DNA from: Bdellovibrionales bacterium
Lineage (GTDB): Bacteria; Bdellovibrionota; Bdellovibrionia; Bdellovibrionales; JAGQZY01
Assembly (NCBI GenBank): GCA_031426555.1
Contig: JANPLN010000031.1
Span: forward strand, 1 to 64,000
DNA length: 64,000 nt
Direction: 5' to 3'
Positions 10,344 through 20,267 of this stretch are shown here, in pieces. Position 1 is the first letter of the stretch. Each line of letters begins with the position of its first letter. A program made the position numbers and the translations under genes. The notes beneath the pieces were generated by a model. That model was not told where the DNA came from. It saw nothing but the letters and a program-made list of their open reading frames with translations, and ran no database searches.

Positions 10344-11438
10344 ATGAATGATTCCAAGCTCATGTATAAGCTTATGACGCCGGGCCCGGTGCCGCTCTCC
10401 GAGGAAGTGCTCAAAGAATTAGCTCTTCCTGTTATTCACCATAGAACGGACGAGTTCGAAGCCATTTTTGCGCAAATTTTAAAACGCCTAAAAATTGTGT
10501 TTATGACGGGGCAGCCGTGCTTTGTGCTCACCGCAACTGGCACCGGCGGCATGGAAGCGTCCATGGTGAATACTCTCAAGCGCGGTAACACTGTGATCTC
10601 CATAGACAGCGGAAAGTTTGGAGCGCGTTGGCACGAATTGGCGGTGGCCCTTGGTTATAATTCCATTCATCTCAAATTCCCCTGGGGCTCCGTCATTGAT
10701 GTGCAAAAAATTGCCGACACTCTCAAGCAACATCCGGAGGTTCGAGCCATTTTGTGCCAAGCTTGCGAAACCAGCACCGGAGCGCTTCTTCCGCTGCATG
10801 AGATTGCCAAACTCACTAAGAACACGTCGTGCCTTCTGATTGTGGATGCGGTCACAGGCTTGGCGGCATTTCCTCTCAAGATGGACGAATGGGGGTTGGA
10901 TATTGTGATCAGTGGCTCGCAAAAAGCACTCAGTCTACCAACGGGCCTAACTGTGCTCAGTCTTTCACAGCGTGCTCTTGAAGTGGCAAAAAATATAGCG
11001 CCAACGCAAACCTTTTACTGGAATCTCATCGAAGAATTAAAAGCCAACGAAAAAGCGCAAACCCGCTTTAGCTCTGCTGTCAGTTTGCTGCGCGCTCTCA
11101 ATGTGGCGCTCGCGCACGTTGAACGAGTGGGCTTAGAAAATATTTTTAAAGAGCATGCAAAGCGTGCTGAAGCTTTTCGCCGTTCGGTTCTCAAAAACGG
11201 CGTTACACTTTTTCCACAAATTCCCAGCCCCAGTCTGACGTGTTTGTCTGTGCCGGTGGACAGTCAAAAGTTGCAAAAACTCTTGCAGGACAAATATAAA
11301 ATTGTGGTGATGGGTGGACAGGACGAGCTCAAGGGAAAAGTTTTACGCGTCGGCCACATGGGGTCCATGACTCTTCAGGATCTCGAAGAAACCAGTGTTG
11401 CCATTCACAAATCTCTATTAGAAATCTCTAATGTTTAA
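10344..11438 (+). CDS. Class V PLP aminotransferase (alanine-glyoxylate/serine-pyruvate family)
   Basis: LMTPGPV, GTGGMEAS, ETSTG, IVDAV, SGSQKAL (PLP Lys), RVGHMG. Confidence 0.92.
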   Translation: MNDSKLMYKLMTPGPVPLSEEVLKELALPVIHHRTDEFEAIFAQILKRLKIVFMTGQPCFVLTATGTGGMEASMVNTLKRGNTVISIDSGKFGARWHELAVALGYNSIHLKFPWGSVIDVQKIADTLKQHPEVRAILCQACETSTGALLPLHEIAKLTKNTSCLLIVDAVTGLAAFPLKMDEWGLDIVISGSQKALSLPTGLTVLSLSQRALEVAKNIAPTQTFYWNLIEELKANEKAQTRFSSAVSLLRALNVALAHVERVGLENIFKEHAKRAEAFRRSVLKNGVTLFPQIPSPSLTCLSVPVDSQKLQKLLQDKYKIVVMGGQDELKGKVLRVGHMGSMTLQDLEETSVAIHKSLLEISNV

Positions 11439-12396
11439 ACTCATCGTCGCCAATCGATTTTCGCAGTCCTCGCTCATCCAACTCAAAAAAAGTGGATTGG
11501 TTGATGTATCCACCTGCGAAAACATCAGCGAGCTCAAAGACCAGTGGCCCACCTGCAAAGGACTTTTGATCCGCAGTGGTGTGCACGTGACCCAGGAACT
11601 TCTCACGCAGATGCCACAACTTCGGGTGATCGTGAGTGCGACGAGCGGTTTTGATCATATTGATTTAAAATCGTGCCGCGAAAAAAACATAACTGTGATG
11701 CACACGCCCGCTGCCAATGCGCAGAGCGCGGCCGAACACACGCTGGGCTTGATTTTGGCCACTCAGCGCAATTACGAACGCGCTAGTCTTCAGATAAAAT
11801 CGGGTCGCTGGGAGCGTGGAGCTCTCATCGGTGAAGAACTTTTAGGAAAGACGTTAGGTCTCATCGGCTTAGGTCGCATAGGTAGCAAAGTTAAAAAAAT
11901 GGCCGAAGCTTTTGGTTTAGAAATCCTTGTTCACGATCCTTATGTGGAGCAAAGTCTGCACCCCAACACGGTGTTTTTGGGCTTCGAAGAAGTGGTTCGA
12001 AAATCCGATATCGTGAGCTTTCATGTTCCCCTCACTTCCGAAACCTTTCACATGATTAAAGCGTCCACACTGGAGTGGTTTCATGAGTCCGCGACTCTCA
12101 TCAATGCTAGCCGCGGTGATGTGATCTGTTTTAGTTCGCTGCTCAATCATCTCATCGAAAACCCGCAATTTCGCCTGGGACTTGATGTGTACGCCGCCGA
12201 GCCCCTGGATAAATCCACGGCGCTTCTTGACCATGCGCAGATTTTTTTTACTCCGCATATCGGCGCCACCACCCACCAAGCCATCGCCAGAGCCTCGCAG
12301 GAGGCCGTAGAAAAAATTCTGCTCTATATTCACTCAGGAAAATCCTCTGACACACTCCCTCCCACTGCTCTTTGGGCAAGTAAAATCATTCTGTAA
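11431..12396 (+). CDS. D-2-hydroxyacid dehydrogenase, SerA-like (no ACT domain)
   Basis: GFDHID, GLIGLGRIG, INASRG, TPHIGATT. Confidence 0.88.
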   Translation: MFKLIVANRFSQSSLIQLKKSGLVDVSTCENISELKDQWPTCKGLLIRSGVHVTQELLTQMPQLRVIVSATSGFDHIDLKSCREKNITVMHTPAANAQSAAEHTLGLILATQRNYERASLQIKSGRWERGALIGEELLGKTLGLIGLGRIGSKVKKMAEAFGLEILVHDPYVEQSLHPNTVFLGFEEVVRKSDIVSFHVPLTSETFHMIKASTLEWFHESATLINASRGDVICFSSLLNHLIENPQFRLGLDVYAAEPLDKSTALLDHAQIFFTPHIGATTHQAIARASQEAVEKILLYIHSGKSSDTLPPTALWASKIIL

Positions 12397-12462
12397 GCCA
12401 TCAATTTTTGACTTCCCTCCGAGGCTTCGTTAGATTGGTGCCGCTTTAAAAAGGGAGGGGAT

Positions 12463-13737
12463 ATGCCCGCAGTTATTATTGTCGGTGCGCAGTGGGGCGA
12501 CGAAGGCAAAGGCAAATTTGTAGATTATTTTTCGCAAGACTCCGATGGCGTTGTGCGCTTTCAGGGCGGAGCCAATGCCGGCCACACACTCATCGTCGGC
12601 GGTAGAAAAACCGTTCTTCACCTTGTTCCCTCAGGAATTCTTCATGCTCATACTCAATGCTTTATTGGCAGCGGCGTGGTGCTGGATTTATTTGGCCTTA
12701 AAGACGAAATGGAAAAAGTAAAAACCGCAGGCTACAACATCGGTCCCGAGCGCTTTCGCATTGCCGGTCAGGCTACGCTAGTTTTACCGTTTCATAAAGA
12801 TCTCGATGCCGCTCGCGAAAACCGCAGCAAAATTGGCACAACCAAGCGCGGAATTGGTCCCGCTTACGAGGATCGCTCCTCTCGCCGCGCCATTTTATTT
12901 CGCGATCTTTTCTCGCCGCAATTGATGAGCAAGCTTGAATTATTGATCGAAGAGAAAAACTGTCTCTTTCAACATCTCTATAAAATCCCGCCCATCAGTG
13001 CCACGCAAATTTACGATCAACTCCAGTCGGTGGCAGAATATTTTAAACCGTATCTGATCGACAACCTCAGCGAAACTCTCAACACCTGGCTGGATAAAGA
13101 CAAAAAACTTTTATTCGAAGGCGCCCAAGGTGCGCTCCTCGATATTTTTCACGGATCCTATCCGTTTGTAACAAGTTCATCTACGGTGAGTTCATCTGCT
13201 TGTTTGAGCTCAGGCATTGGCCCGCAGAGAATTTCGAAAGTGGTGGGCGTGACCAAGGCCTACTGCACCCGCGTTGGCGAAGGACCCTTCCCCACGGAGC
13301 TGGTTGATGCCGTTGGCGAAAAACTTCGCGCCGAGGGCTCGGAGTTCGGTGCCACCACTGGCCGCCCTCGCCGTTGTGGCTGGTTGGACCTTGTGGCGTT
13401 GAAGTACTCCGTACAAATCAACGGAATCAACAGCATTGTCCTGACGAAGTTGGATGTTTTAAACACGTTCGACACCATTAAAGTGTGTCACAGCTATCAA
13501 ACGGATGGTCACGCATCGAACGACTTTTTATTTGCCCAAAATGGCAAAGCCACACCAGTCTATAAAGAGTTTAAAGGCTGGATGAGCGACATCAGTGGCT
13601 GCCGCACCCGCGAGGCTCTCCCGGGCGCTGCAAAGGCATACGTGGACTATATACAAGAACAAGTGGGCGTTGCTGTGGACGTGGTTTCTGTGGGTGCAGA
13701 TCGCAGCCAAACTATTGGCCTCGCGTCTATATTTTGA
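12463..13737 (+). CDS. purA: Adenylosuccinate synthetase
   Basis: GAQWGDEGKGK, QGGANAGHT, GTTKRGIGPAY, GATTGRPRRCGWLD. Confidence 0.98.
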   Translation: MPAVIIVGAQWGDEGKGKFVDYFSQDSDGVVRFQGGANAGHTLIVGGRKTVLHLVPSGILHAHTQCFIGSGVVLDLFGLKDEMEKVKTAGYNIGPERFRIAGQATLVLPFHKDLDAARENRSKIGTTKRGIGPAYEDRSSRRAILFRDLFSPQLMSKLELLIEEKNCLFQHLYKIPPISATQIYDQLQSVAEYFKPYLIDNLSETLNTWLDKDKKLLFEGAQGALLDIFHGSYPFVTSSSTVSSSACLSSGIGPQRISKVVGVTKAYCTRVGEGPFPTELVDAVGEKLRAEGSEFGATTGRPRRCGWLDLVALKYSVQINGINSIVLTKLDVLNTFDTIKVCHSYQTDGHASNDFLFAQNGKATPVYKEFKGWMSDISGCRTREALPGAAKAYVDYIQEQVGVAVDVVSVGADRSQTIGLASIF

Positions 13738-13798
13738 GCACTTAAAAGTCATTGACAAGAGAGCGATAAAATAAGAAAAGTTCGGTTCCGCAATTTAT

Positions 13799-13873
13799 GA
13801 CCCGTTAGCTCAGCGGTAGAGCATCTCCCTTTTAAGGAGAGGGTCCATGGTTCAAATCCATGACGGGTCACCA
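13799..13873 (+). tRNA. tRNA-Lys(TTT)
   Basis: Acceptor GACCCGT/ACGGGTC, anticodon arm TCTCC-CTTTTAA-GGAGA, TTCAAAT T-loop, encoded CCA. Confidence 0.97.
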
Positions 13874-13885
13874 TTTTTTAAAAAG

Positions 13886-13910
13886 AGCCAACACCCGTTG
13901 GTTTTTTTTT
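13886..13910 (+). terminator. Intrinsic terminator-like hairpin after tRNA-Lys
   Basis: GCCAAC-accc-GTTGGT followed by a T-run. Confidence 0.6.
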
Positions 13911-13941
13911 GAGAGAATGCGGATATTTATAAAGTTTTTAA

Positions 13942-14017
13942 GTCCCCTTCGTCTAGAGGCCTAGGACAACTCCCTTTCACGGAGTAGACACCGATTCGAA
14001 TTCGGTAGGGGACGCCA
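13942..14017 (+). tRNA. tRNA-Glu(TTC)
   Basis: Acceptor GTCCCCT/AGGGGAC, anticodon arm ACTCC-CTTTCAC-GGAGT, TTCGAAT T-loop, encoded CCA. Confidence 0.97.
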
Positions 14018-14035
14018 CTTGCGCCTTCGGCGCAA

Positions 14036-14074
14036 CGGATATCAGAAATCAGATGTCCGAATTCTGATATCTGA
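14036..14074. repeat. Degenerate 7-nt tandem repeat forming a palindrome
   Basis: cggatat-cagaaat-cagatgt-ccgaatt-ctgatat-ctga; overlaps the stop of the four-helix-bundle gene. Confidence 0.7.
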
Positions 14075-14381
14075 ACGGTTTAATTTCTGATTGTAATAGT
14101 TTATACAAACAAGCACCTAAATGATCAGCTTTTTTTAAAAGTTCCGGATCTTGTATCTTTGCCAGTTTAAATATTGTCTGACACTCACGAAGAGAACCGT
14201 AAGCTGTTTGAATATAACGTGCCTTATCTTTTATAGAAGCTTTCGCATTCCCCTCCGACAAATTCAGCGAAATCGATGAGGCGGCTCGCAACAGCTGATC
14301 ACGTAAATTGCCCGCAATTTTTTGCTCTTCGGCTTTGCTATAAAACTCAATAGCTAATTCCAACGTTCTAAATGTTTTCAT
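14049..14381 (-). CDS. Four helix bundle protein (23S rRNA IVP/Avd-like family)
   Basis: LRDQLLRAASSISLNLSEG...AYGSLREC signature; AAGGAG RBS. Confidence 0.9.
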   Translation of the reverse strand: MKTFRTLELAIEFYSKAEEQKIAGNLRDQLLRAASSISLNLSEGNAKASIKDKARYIQTAYGSLRECQTIFKLAKIQDPELLKKADHLGACLYKLLQSEIKPFRYQNSDI

Positions 14382-14579
14382 CAAAATCTCCTTTGTTTTT
14401 TCGAGAGTTCACAATTTGTGCCCTCGATAAAAACAAAGGTCGTATCAGTGCTTTAAGTTGGTTTGGATCTCGGACATTTGCCAGTTGTAATAACGCTAGA
14501 AAAGGAGCACCATCACGCGTTCGGCTTCAGATCCTTCTTAACCCCTCCAACCACGATAATGCCGGCAGTAAAGAGCGAA

Positions 14580-16223
14580 ATGTCCAAACGGCCGATGGAA
14601 ATTCTTTTGATCGAAGACAATCAGGGCGATATCGAACTGACGCAGACGGCGATTGCCAATCATAAAATACTATCAAATCTCCACGTTGTGAAAACGGGGC
14701 AAGAGGCACTGCAGTTTCTCTATCGCACTGAAAGCTTCGCGAAAATGTTAAGACCCGATTTGATCTTGCTCGATCTAAATCTGCCCGGAATGGACGGACG
14801 CGAAGTCCTAGAGCGAATCAAAACGGATCGCGATCTTCGGCAAATTCCGGTCATTGTTCTCACCTCTGCGCAGGCCGAACTCGATGTCTTGAAATCCTAT
14901 TCCATGGGCGCAAGTTGCTACTTACTGAAACCGGTGGGCCCTGATAATTTTTCTCAGTTAATTCATCATATTCAAGATTTTTGGTGCACTCATGTTCAAT
15001 TGCCAGAGTACGAGTTGATCGAGAAATACAAAATATCTCCGCTTTCATCTGTGCCACTAGTTTTACAAAAAAAGACGTCCGAAGCACCCCTTGAAGTTCT
15101 ATTTATAGAAGATTCAGATGCGGACGCAGACATTGTTTTATCAAGTTTAGACAACTTGCCAAACCCGGGCTTTATCGCGCATCGAGAAATTCGTCTGGAT
15201 GATTCCTTTAAATACCTCGAAAATCATAAACCCGACGTGGTGCTGCTAGATCTTTCGCTCCCCGACAGTGAGGGCTTCGAAACAGTCCTTCGATTTCGTG
15301 CGAGCCATCCCTTTCTTCCCCTAGTGATACTCACTGGAGCGGGCGAAAAGACCTTAGGGGCTCGAGCCATTGCCGAGGGCGCTGATGATTTTTTAGAAAA
15401 GAGCGAAGTTCAAGACGAGCTGTTGGGACGAACTCTGCGCTACGCTATTGAAAGAAAAAACCATGCTCTGGGGCTCTTAGAGGCTTTAACCAGAGAGAAG
15501 GTCGCTCGCAGCGAGGCGGAGAAAGCGGCCGAAATCAGAGATGAGTTTCTTTCCATTGCCTCCCATGAACTTCGCACCCCTTTGACATCACTCAAATTAC
15601 AGGTGGAACTTCTTGTTAGGACTCTCCGGATGGGCGAAAAAGATTTGATCGCAAAAACAGTTGTTCAGGATTTCGCAGTAAAAACGGACGGACATATTGA
15701 TCGATTTTCTAAGCTGATCGATTCCCTTCTTAATTTTTCACAAATCCAATCTGGTCGGCTCAGGCTCGATTATCAAAAATTTGATTTAAACCAAGTCGTG
15801 CGCGATACCTTAGAGCGGTTCACCCCCGAACTTAAAAAAGCAGGCTGTGAATTGACTTTAAATCTGGGTGAGCCGGTCGACGGCGAATGGGATTTGCTTC
15901 GGGTCGAGCAGGTTTTAACGAATCTCATCTCCAATGGAATAAAATACGGCCCCGGTAAGCCCATTACTGTTTCTGTGACCGCAGATGCAGAAAAAGTTTG
16001 GATTCTTGTGAAAGATGAAGGTCCGGGCATTGCAGCCCAAGACAAAGAGAAAATTTTTCAACGCTTTGAACGCGCGCAGATAAATAAAGCGGTGCCGGGA
16101 TTGGGCCTTGGACTTTATGTTGTGAGGCAAATTATTGATACCCACGGAGGCACAATTCAACTGGAGAGTGAACTCGGCGCTGGATCCACGTTTACAGTCT
16201 GTTTACCCCGCAGGAGATTTTAA
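14580..16223 (+). CDS. Hybrid sensor kinase REC-REC-HisKA-HATPase
   Basis: Two receivers (ILLIED..LLDLNLP; VLFIED..LLDLSLP), SHELRTPL H-box, NLISNGIKY, GLGLGL. Confidence 0.92.
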   Translation: MSKRPMEILLIEDNQGDIELTQTAIANHKILSNLHVVKTGQEALQFLYRTESFAKMLRPDLILLDLNLPGMDGREVLERIKTDRDLRQIPVIVLTSAQAELDVLKSYSMGASCYLLKPVGPDNFSQLIHHIQDFWCTHVQLPEYELIEKYKISPLSSVPLVLQKKTSEAPLEVLFIEDSDADADIVLSSLDNLPNPGFIAHREIRLDDSFKYLENHKPDVVLLDLSLPDSEGFETVLRFRASHPFLPLVILTGAGEKTLGARAIAEGADDFLEKSEVQDELLGRTLRYAIERKNHALGLLEALTREKVARSEAEKAAEIRDEFLSIASHELRTPLTSLKLQVELLVRTLRMGEKDLIAKTVVQDFAVKTDGHIDRFSKLIDSLLNFSQIQSGRLRLDYQKFDLNQVVRDTLERFTPELKKAGCELTLNLGEPVDGEWDLLRVEQVLTNLISNGIKYGPGKPITVSVTADAEKVWILVKDEGPGIAAQDKEKIFQRFERAQINKAVPGLGLGLYVVRQIIDTHGGTIQLESELGAGSTFTVCLPRRRF

Positions 16224-16225
16224 AA

Positions 16226-16660
16226 ATGATTCACAAAACAGTCGATGTTCTCTTGGTTGAAGATAGTGAAGCGGATATTGATCTGGTGAGAGAAGCCATC
16301 GAGGGCGGAAAACTGCTTATTAACGTCAATGTGGTTCGGGATGGCGAAGAAGCCATGGACTATTTAAGAGGCCAGGGCAAATTTAAAAACGCCACGCGTC
16401 CCGACTTGGTCTTGCTCGATCTCAATTTGCCTAAAAAAGACGGTCGAGAAGTGCTGCGTGAGGTGAAAGCCGATCCAGCTTTAAGCCTGATTCCCATCGT
16501 CATTCTCACCACGTCTTCTGCAGACGAGGATATTCTTCAGTCCTACCAACTGCATGCAAATGCTTATATTGCAAAGCCGGTGGACTTCGATTCGTTTATC
16601 AAAATTGTCAACCAACTGACCGAGTTTTGGCTTTCTTTAGTTGTTCTCCCAAAAAAGTGA
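16226..16660 (+). CDS. Rcp1/CheY-like single-domain response regulator
   Basis: LLVEDS, LVLLDLNLPKKDGREVL, IPIVILTTS, C-terminal EFWL typical of phytochrome-linked receivers. Confidence 0.92.
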   Translation: MIHKTVDVLLVEDSEADIDLVREAIEGGKLLINVNVVRDGEEAMDYLRGQGKFKNATRPDLVLLDLNLPKKDGREVLREVKADPALSLIPIVILTTSSADEDILQSYQLHANAYIAKPVDFDSFIKIVNQLTEFWLSLVVLPKK

Positions 16661-16667
16661 AGATTGT

Positions 16668-18200
16668 ATGAAACTTGAGATTCAGGCACCCGACTTTAAA
16701 AAAATATTTGAAAATGCACCCAGCATGTATCTGGTTTTACTTCCTGATTCACCAAGATTTACAATTGTGGCGGTCAGTGAGGCCTACTTAAAAGTAACAC
16801 GTCTGACGCGAGATCAAATGGTCGGTCGCAGCCTTTTAGAGGTTTTTCCCATGGATGATCTCAAAAAATCGCTGGATCAAGCCATGAGCACCCGTCTACC
16901 AACAAAAATGACGAACACGAACCCTTTTGGGAGTTCAACCACGACTCCAATTTTCGGTGAGGACGGACAAATTTTAAATTTGGTTTACAATTTAGACGTG
17001 GCTCACCCTGAAGGATCGAAGGATCGAATGATCTTTCTAGAAAACGAGCGAATCCTTTTAGATTCGATCACCGATCTGGCTATTTATTTATTAGATTCCA
17101 GCGGCAGAATTCTGAGCTGTAACGCAGGAGCAGAGAAGATCAACGGTTACTCAAGTTCGGATCTTATTGGAAAAAGCTTTTCAACTTTGTACTCCATGGA
17201 AGAAGTCAAAGAGGGAAAGCCTATTCGTGATTTAGGAAGCGCCCAAGCTCAAGGCAAGTTTGCAGACGTGGTCCATCGCCTGCGAAAAGATGGAACAGAA
17301 TTTTGGTCGAACGTCGTGATCTCGGCCCGTTACGACCAAACTGGGAAGACAATTGGTTTCGTGAAGGTCGTGCGCGATATTTCCCGTCAGAAAGAGGATG
17401 CCCTTGCGCTCGTCGATGCCAGAGGGATGCTCGAAGCTCGCGTTCTTAAGAGAACTCAAGACCTTTTACGATCCAATACGGAACTTGAACAATTTGCTTA
17501 TATCGCCTCCCACGATTTACAAACCCCACTAAGACATGTTTCGTCCTACGTTCAGCTTTTGACCAATAGGATCAAAAAGACCCATACTCTCGATGACAAA
17601 ACAGAAAAGTGGATTGAGTATATCTTAAAAGGCACACAACAGATGAAGAGCTTAATTTCTGATCTGCTCTCCTACTCGCGCATCGGTCGCGTAGATATTA
17701 AAATCGAAGAAATTGATACGGCCGAAGTATTTGCGCACATCATGGACGACCTTCAAGAATCAGTTCGCGCCACAAATGCAAAACTTGTGTACAATAAACT
17801 ACCCCCTATCTTCGGAATTAAATCCCAGATAGAACAACTTTTTCTAAACTTAATCGAAAATGCCATTAAGTTTAGAACTGCCGACATCGCCCCTGTCGTC
17901 ACTATCAGTTGTGAGGATGACGGTGAATTTTGGAGGTTCTCGGTCTCTGATAACGGTATAGGAATCGACCCGAAATACTCCGAAAGAATATTTTTAATGT
18001 TTCATCGACTGCATTCTCAAGATCAGTATTCGGGAACTGGTATTGGCCTCGCTATCTGTAAAAAAATCGTCGAATTTCACGATGGAAAGATCTGGCTGAC
18101 TGCCATAGAAAATAAAGGAGCTATTTTTACTTTCACTCTACCCAAGAAAGAGCGAGTCACCTCGACCAACTTAGTCAAAGACAACCAGCTACCGGCATGA
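16668..18200 (+). CDS. PAS-domain histidine kinase, Cph1/BphP-type kinase core
   Basis: PAS (NAGAEKINGYS..RKDGTEFW), ELEQFAYIASHDLQTPLR, FHRLHSQDQYSGTGIGLAICKKIVE. Confidence 0.92.
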   Translation: MKLEIQAPDFKKIFENAPSMYLVLLPDSPRFTIVAVSEAYLKVTRLTRDQMVGRSLLEVFPMDDLKKSLDQAMSTRLPTKMTNTNPFGSSTTTPIFGEDGQILNLVYNLDVAHPEGSKDRMIFLENERILLDSITDLAIYLLDSSGRILSCNAGAEKINGYSSSDLIGKSFSTLYSMEEVKEGKPIRDLGSAQAQGKFADVVHRLRKDGTEFWSNVVISARYDQTGKTIGFVKVVRDISRQKEDALALVDARGMLEARVLKRTQDLLRSNTELEQFAYIASHDLQTPLRHVSSYVQLLTNRIKKTHTLDDKTEKWIEYILKGTQQMKSLISDLLSYSRIGRVDIKIEEIDTAEVFAHIMDDLQESVRATNAKLVYNKLPPIFGIKSQIEQLFLNLIENAIKFRTADIAPVVTISCEDDGEFWRFSVSDNGIGIDPKYSERIFLMFHRLHSQDQYSGTGIGLAICKKIVEFHDGKIWLTAIENKGAIFTFTLPKKERVTSTNLVKDNQLPA

Positions 18201-18772
18201 ATCCCCCTGATCTTTTCTTAATGTTAAAACAGGAGACCTCGGTGATTCACGAAAAAGTGATGCAGGAATCATGGGCTCAAAGAGTGATGTCCTTGGATTA
18301 CACGCGGCACGAATACAGTGAACTTTTACAAAAATACTATGGCTTCTATTTACCGATCGAATCCCAACTTTTGGATTTTCACACACCGGTATTTCCTCCG
18401 TCTCGAGCAAAGCATAACTTGCTCCAAGAGGATTTAAGTTTTTTAAACTTGGGGCCCTTTTTTGCTCCGGCGATTTGCCAGAAATTACCACAAATCGTTG
18501 ATGTTCCTTCTGCGCTTGGGATTTGTTATGTTTTGGAGGGCGCAACCCTCGGAGGCCAGATAATTTCTAGGCACTTAAAAGACTCTCTTGGCCTTAAGGA
18601 GAACGATGGGCTCAAGTTTTTCCTTGGTTACGGTTCGGAAACTGCAAAAATGTGGAACAGCTTTAAGGCACAGGCTCGAGATATTGTGCGCTCGCCTCAG
18701 GAATCCCATGCCATGTTACAAGCTGCCATAAAAACTTTTAGCTCCCTCTCAGATTGGATGCACACTTCATGA
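18197..18772 (+). CDS. bphO: Biliverdin-producing heme oxygenase (BphO/HemO-like)
   Basis: LKQETSVIH proximal His, YVLEGATLGGQII distal helix, FFLGYG; ATGA-coupled to the phytochrome module. Confidence 0.88.
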   Translation: MNPPDLFLMLKQETSVIHEKVMQESWAQRVMSLDYTRHEYSELLQKYYGFYLPIESQLLDFHTPVFPPSRAKHNLLQEDLSFLNLGPFFAPAICQKLPQIVDVPSALGICYVLEGATLGGQIISRHLKDSLGLKENDGLKFFLGYGSETAKMWNSFKAQARDIVRSPQESHAMLQAAIKTFSSLSDWMHTS

Positions 18773-20235
18773 GTATCAATGACAAAACAACCGAAGAGAT
18801 TATTGACTATCGAGAATGCGAAAAAGAGCCGATTGCCACCCTGGGAACAATTCAATCCTATGGCGGTCTCATCGTGATTCGCGGTGGGGAAGTGATCGCT
18901 TTTTCTAAAAACATCCGGTCATTCCTACCCATCGATTCAAACAACTGCCTTCACAAAAAAGTGAGCGAAGTGAGTCCTGAGCTCTATCAACTGCACAGTA
19001 TGGTTGTTCCCCAGGTTACTTTAGGAAAAACTTTTTTTAAAGATTTTGGTCCATGGATCGTGGGATTTCGAAGAGAAGAGAACGAACTTTTTTATGTCGA
19101 ATTCTTTCCACAGCCGACTCACTTATTTGATCTGCAAGGCCTAGAATTAGAGATCGATCAAATGGGCCGTAAATTTCACTACCCGACCAAGGACCGAGCG
19201 GAATTTTTAAATGAAATCTGTCATATTTTTCAAAAATATTTACGACTGGATCAGGTTTTCGTGCAAGCTCTGAATGAAGGAGAAATTATTGAAGTTATCG
19301 CTGAGGCGAATAATGGGAAAATTGAGCCCGTCTTGGGATTGCACTTTTCCAGTAAAGAAATCCCCAGCCAGGCTCGCGACCTTTATCTTGTACAGCTGAT
19401 TCGCTTTAAGCAAGCGGCACTTGAAGCTCCGGTGGAAATCGTGAGCGAAGAATCGGTCAACTTAACACACTCTTTTTTGCGCGAACCTTCGAAATTTATG
19501 ACAGTTTACATGCAAAATATTTTAGCTTCGACTCTGGTTTCGGCCTCCATTGTCATCGATAAAAAACTATCGGCGCTTTTGACAATGCATAACTCAACAC
19601 CTCTACTATTAGACCCCCGGAGTTTTGAGCGTATCGTTGAACTCGTGCGTAAAGTTTCTTTAGAGCTTTTTCGAGTTGACGATCTGATCAAAAAAAATGC
19701 GGACTCAAAACTGTGGGAACTGCTCAAACAAGATTTTCCACTCAACCGACTCGCAGCCATTGAGAAATTAATTTCCACACCCACATTAAAAAAAGCTCTC
19801 GAGCATACGGGCGCTGTGGTGGTTAAAGACGGTAAGTCCGTGACCAAGGTTGGCGAATGCCCAATGGGTGAGTGTTTAGAGGCCCTCATCCAAAAGACAG
19901 CTCATTGGAACGGATCTATGAATTTCAGCTCCGAACTGACAAAAGATTTTGATCTTTCCGCGACCTTGCTTGGAGACTTTGCGGGTGTGATGAGGATCCG
20001 TTTTGAAGAGATATCTGTTTTATTCTTTAGAAAGAGTTTTCAATCGGAGTTGAAGTGGCGAAGTGCGACCCCCGAAAGCTTCGAGAACGATTCCCACTTG
20101 CCGCGATTTTCGCCTGCTGGATCTTTTCGGTTTTTTATTGAAGAATTCAAAAACCAAAGTCGACCTTGGACAGAAAAGGACGTTGCCTTTGGACACGTCC
20201 TCGCGCAGTGGATCTCGGAAGACTTTGAATCCTGA
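18769..20235 (+). CDS. Stand-alone, divergent bacteriophytochrome photosensory module (PAS-GAF-PHY, no output domain)
   Basis: CEKEPIATLGTIQSYG, GLHFSSKEIPSQARDLY, LREPSKFMTVYMQN, FFR..LKW..PAGSF..QSRPW; stop right after the PHY helix. Confidence 0.85.
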   Translation: MSINDKTTEEIIDYRECEKEPIATLGTIQSYGGLIVIRGGEVIAFSKNIRSFLPIDSNNCLHKKVSEVSPELYQLHSMVVPQVTLGKTFFKDFGPWIVGFRREENELFYVEFFPQPTHLFDLQGLELEIDQMGRKFHYPTKDRAEFLNEICHIFQKYLRLDQVFVQALNEGEIIEVIAEANNGKIEPVLGLHFSSKEIPSQARDLYLVQLIRFKQAALEAPVEIVSEESVNLTHSFLREPSKFMTVYMQNILASTLVSASIVIDKKLSALLTMHNSTPLLLDPRSFERIVELVRKVSLELFRVDDLIKKNADSKLWELLKQDFPLNRLAAIEKLISTPTLKKALEHTGAVVVKDGKSVTKVGECPMGECLEALIQKTAHWNGSMNFSSELTKDFDLSATLLGDFAGVMRIRFEEISVLFFRKSFQSELKWRSATPESFENDSHLPRFSPAGSFRFFIEEFKNQSRPWTEKDVAFGHVLAQWISEDFES

Positions 20236-20267
20236 ACTCGCGGGTCCTATTATCTGTGGACTAAAAT

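Noticed and set aside
13752..13781. Sigma70 promoter for the tRNAs
   Set aside because: Perfect TTGACA, but no convincing -10 at 16-18 bp spacing.
14049..14381. Diversity-generating retroelement (Avd-like gene)
   Set aside because: No reverse transcriptase and no TR/VR repeat pair seen in the window.
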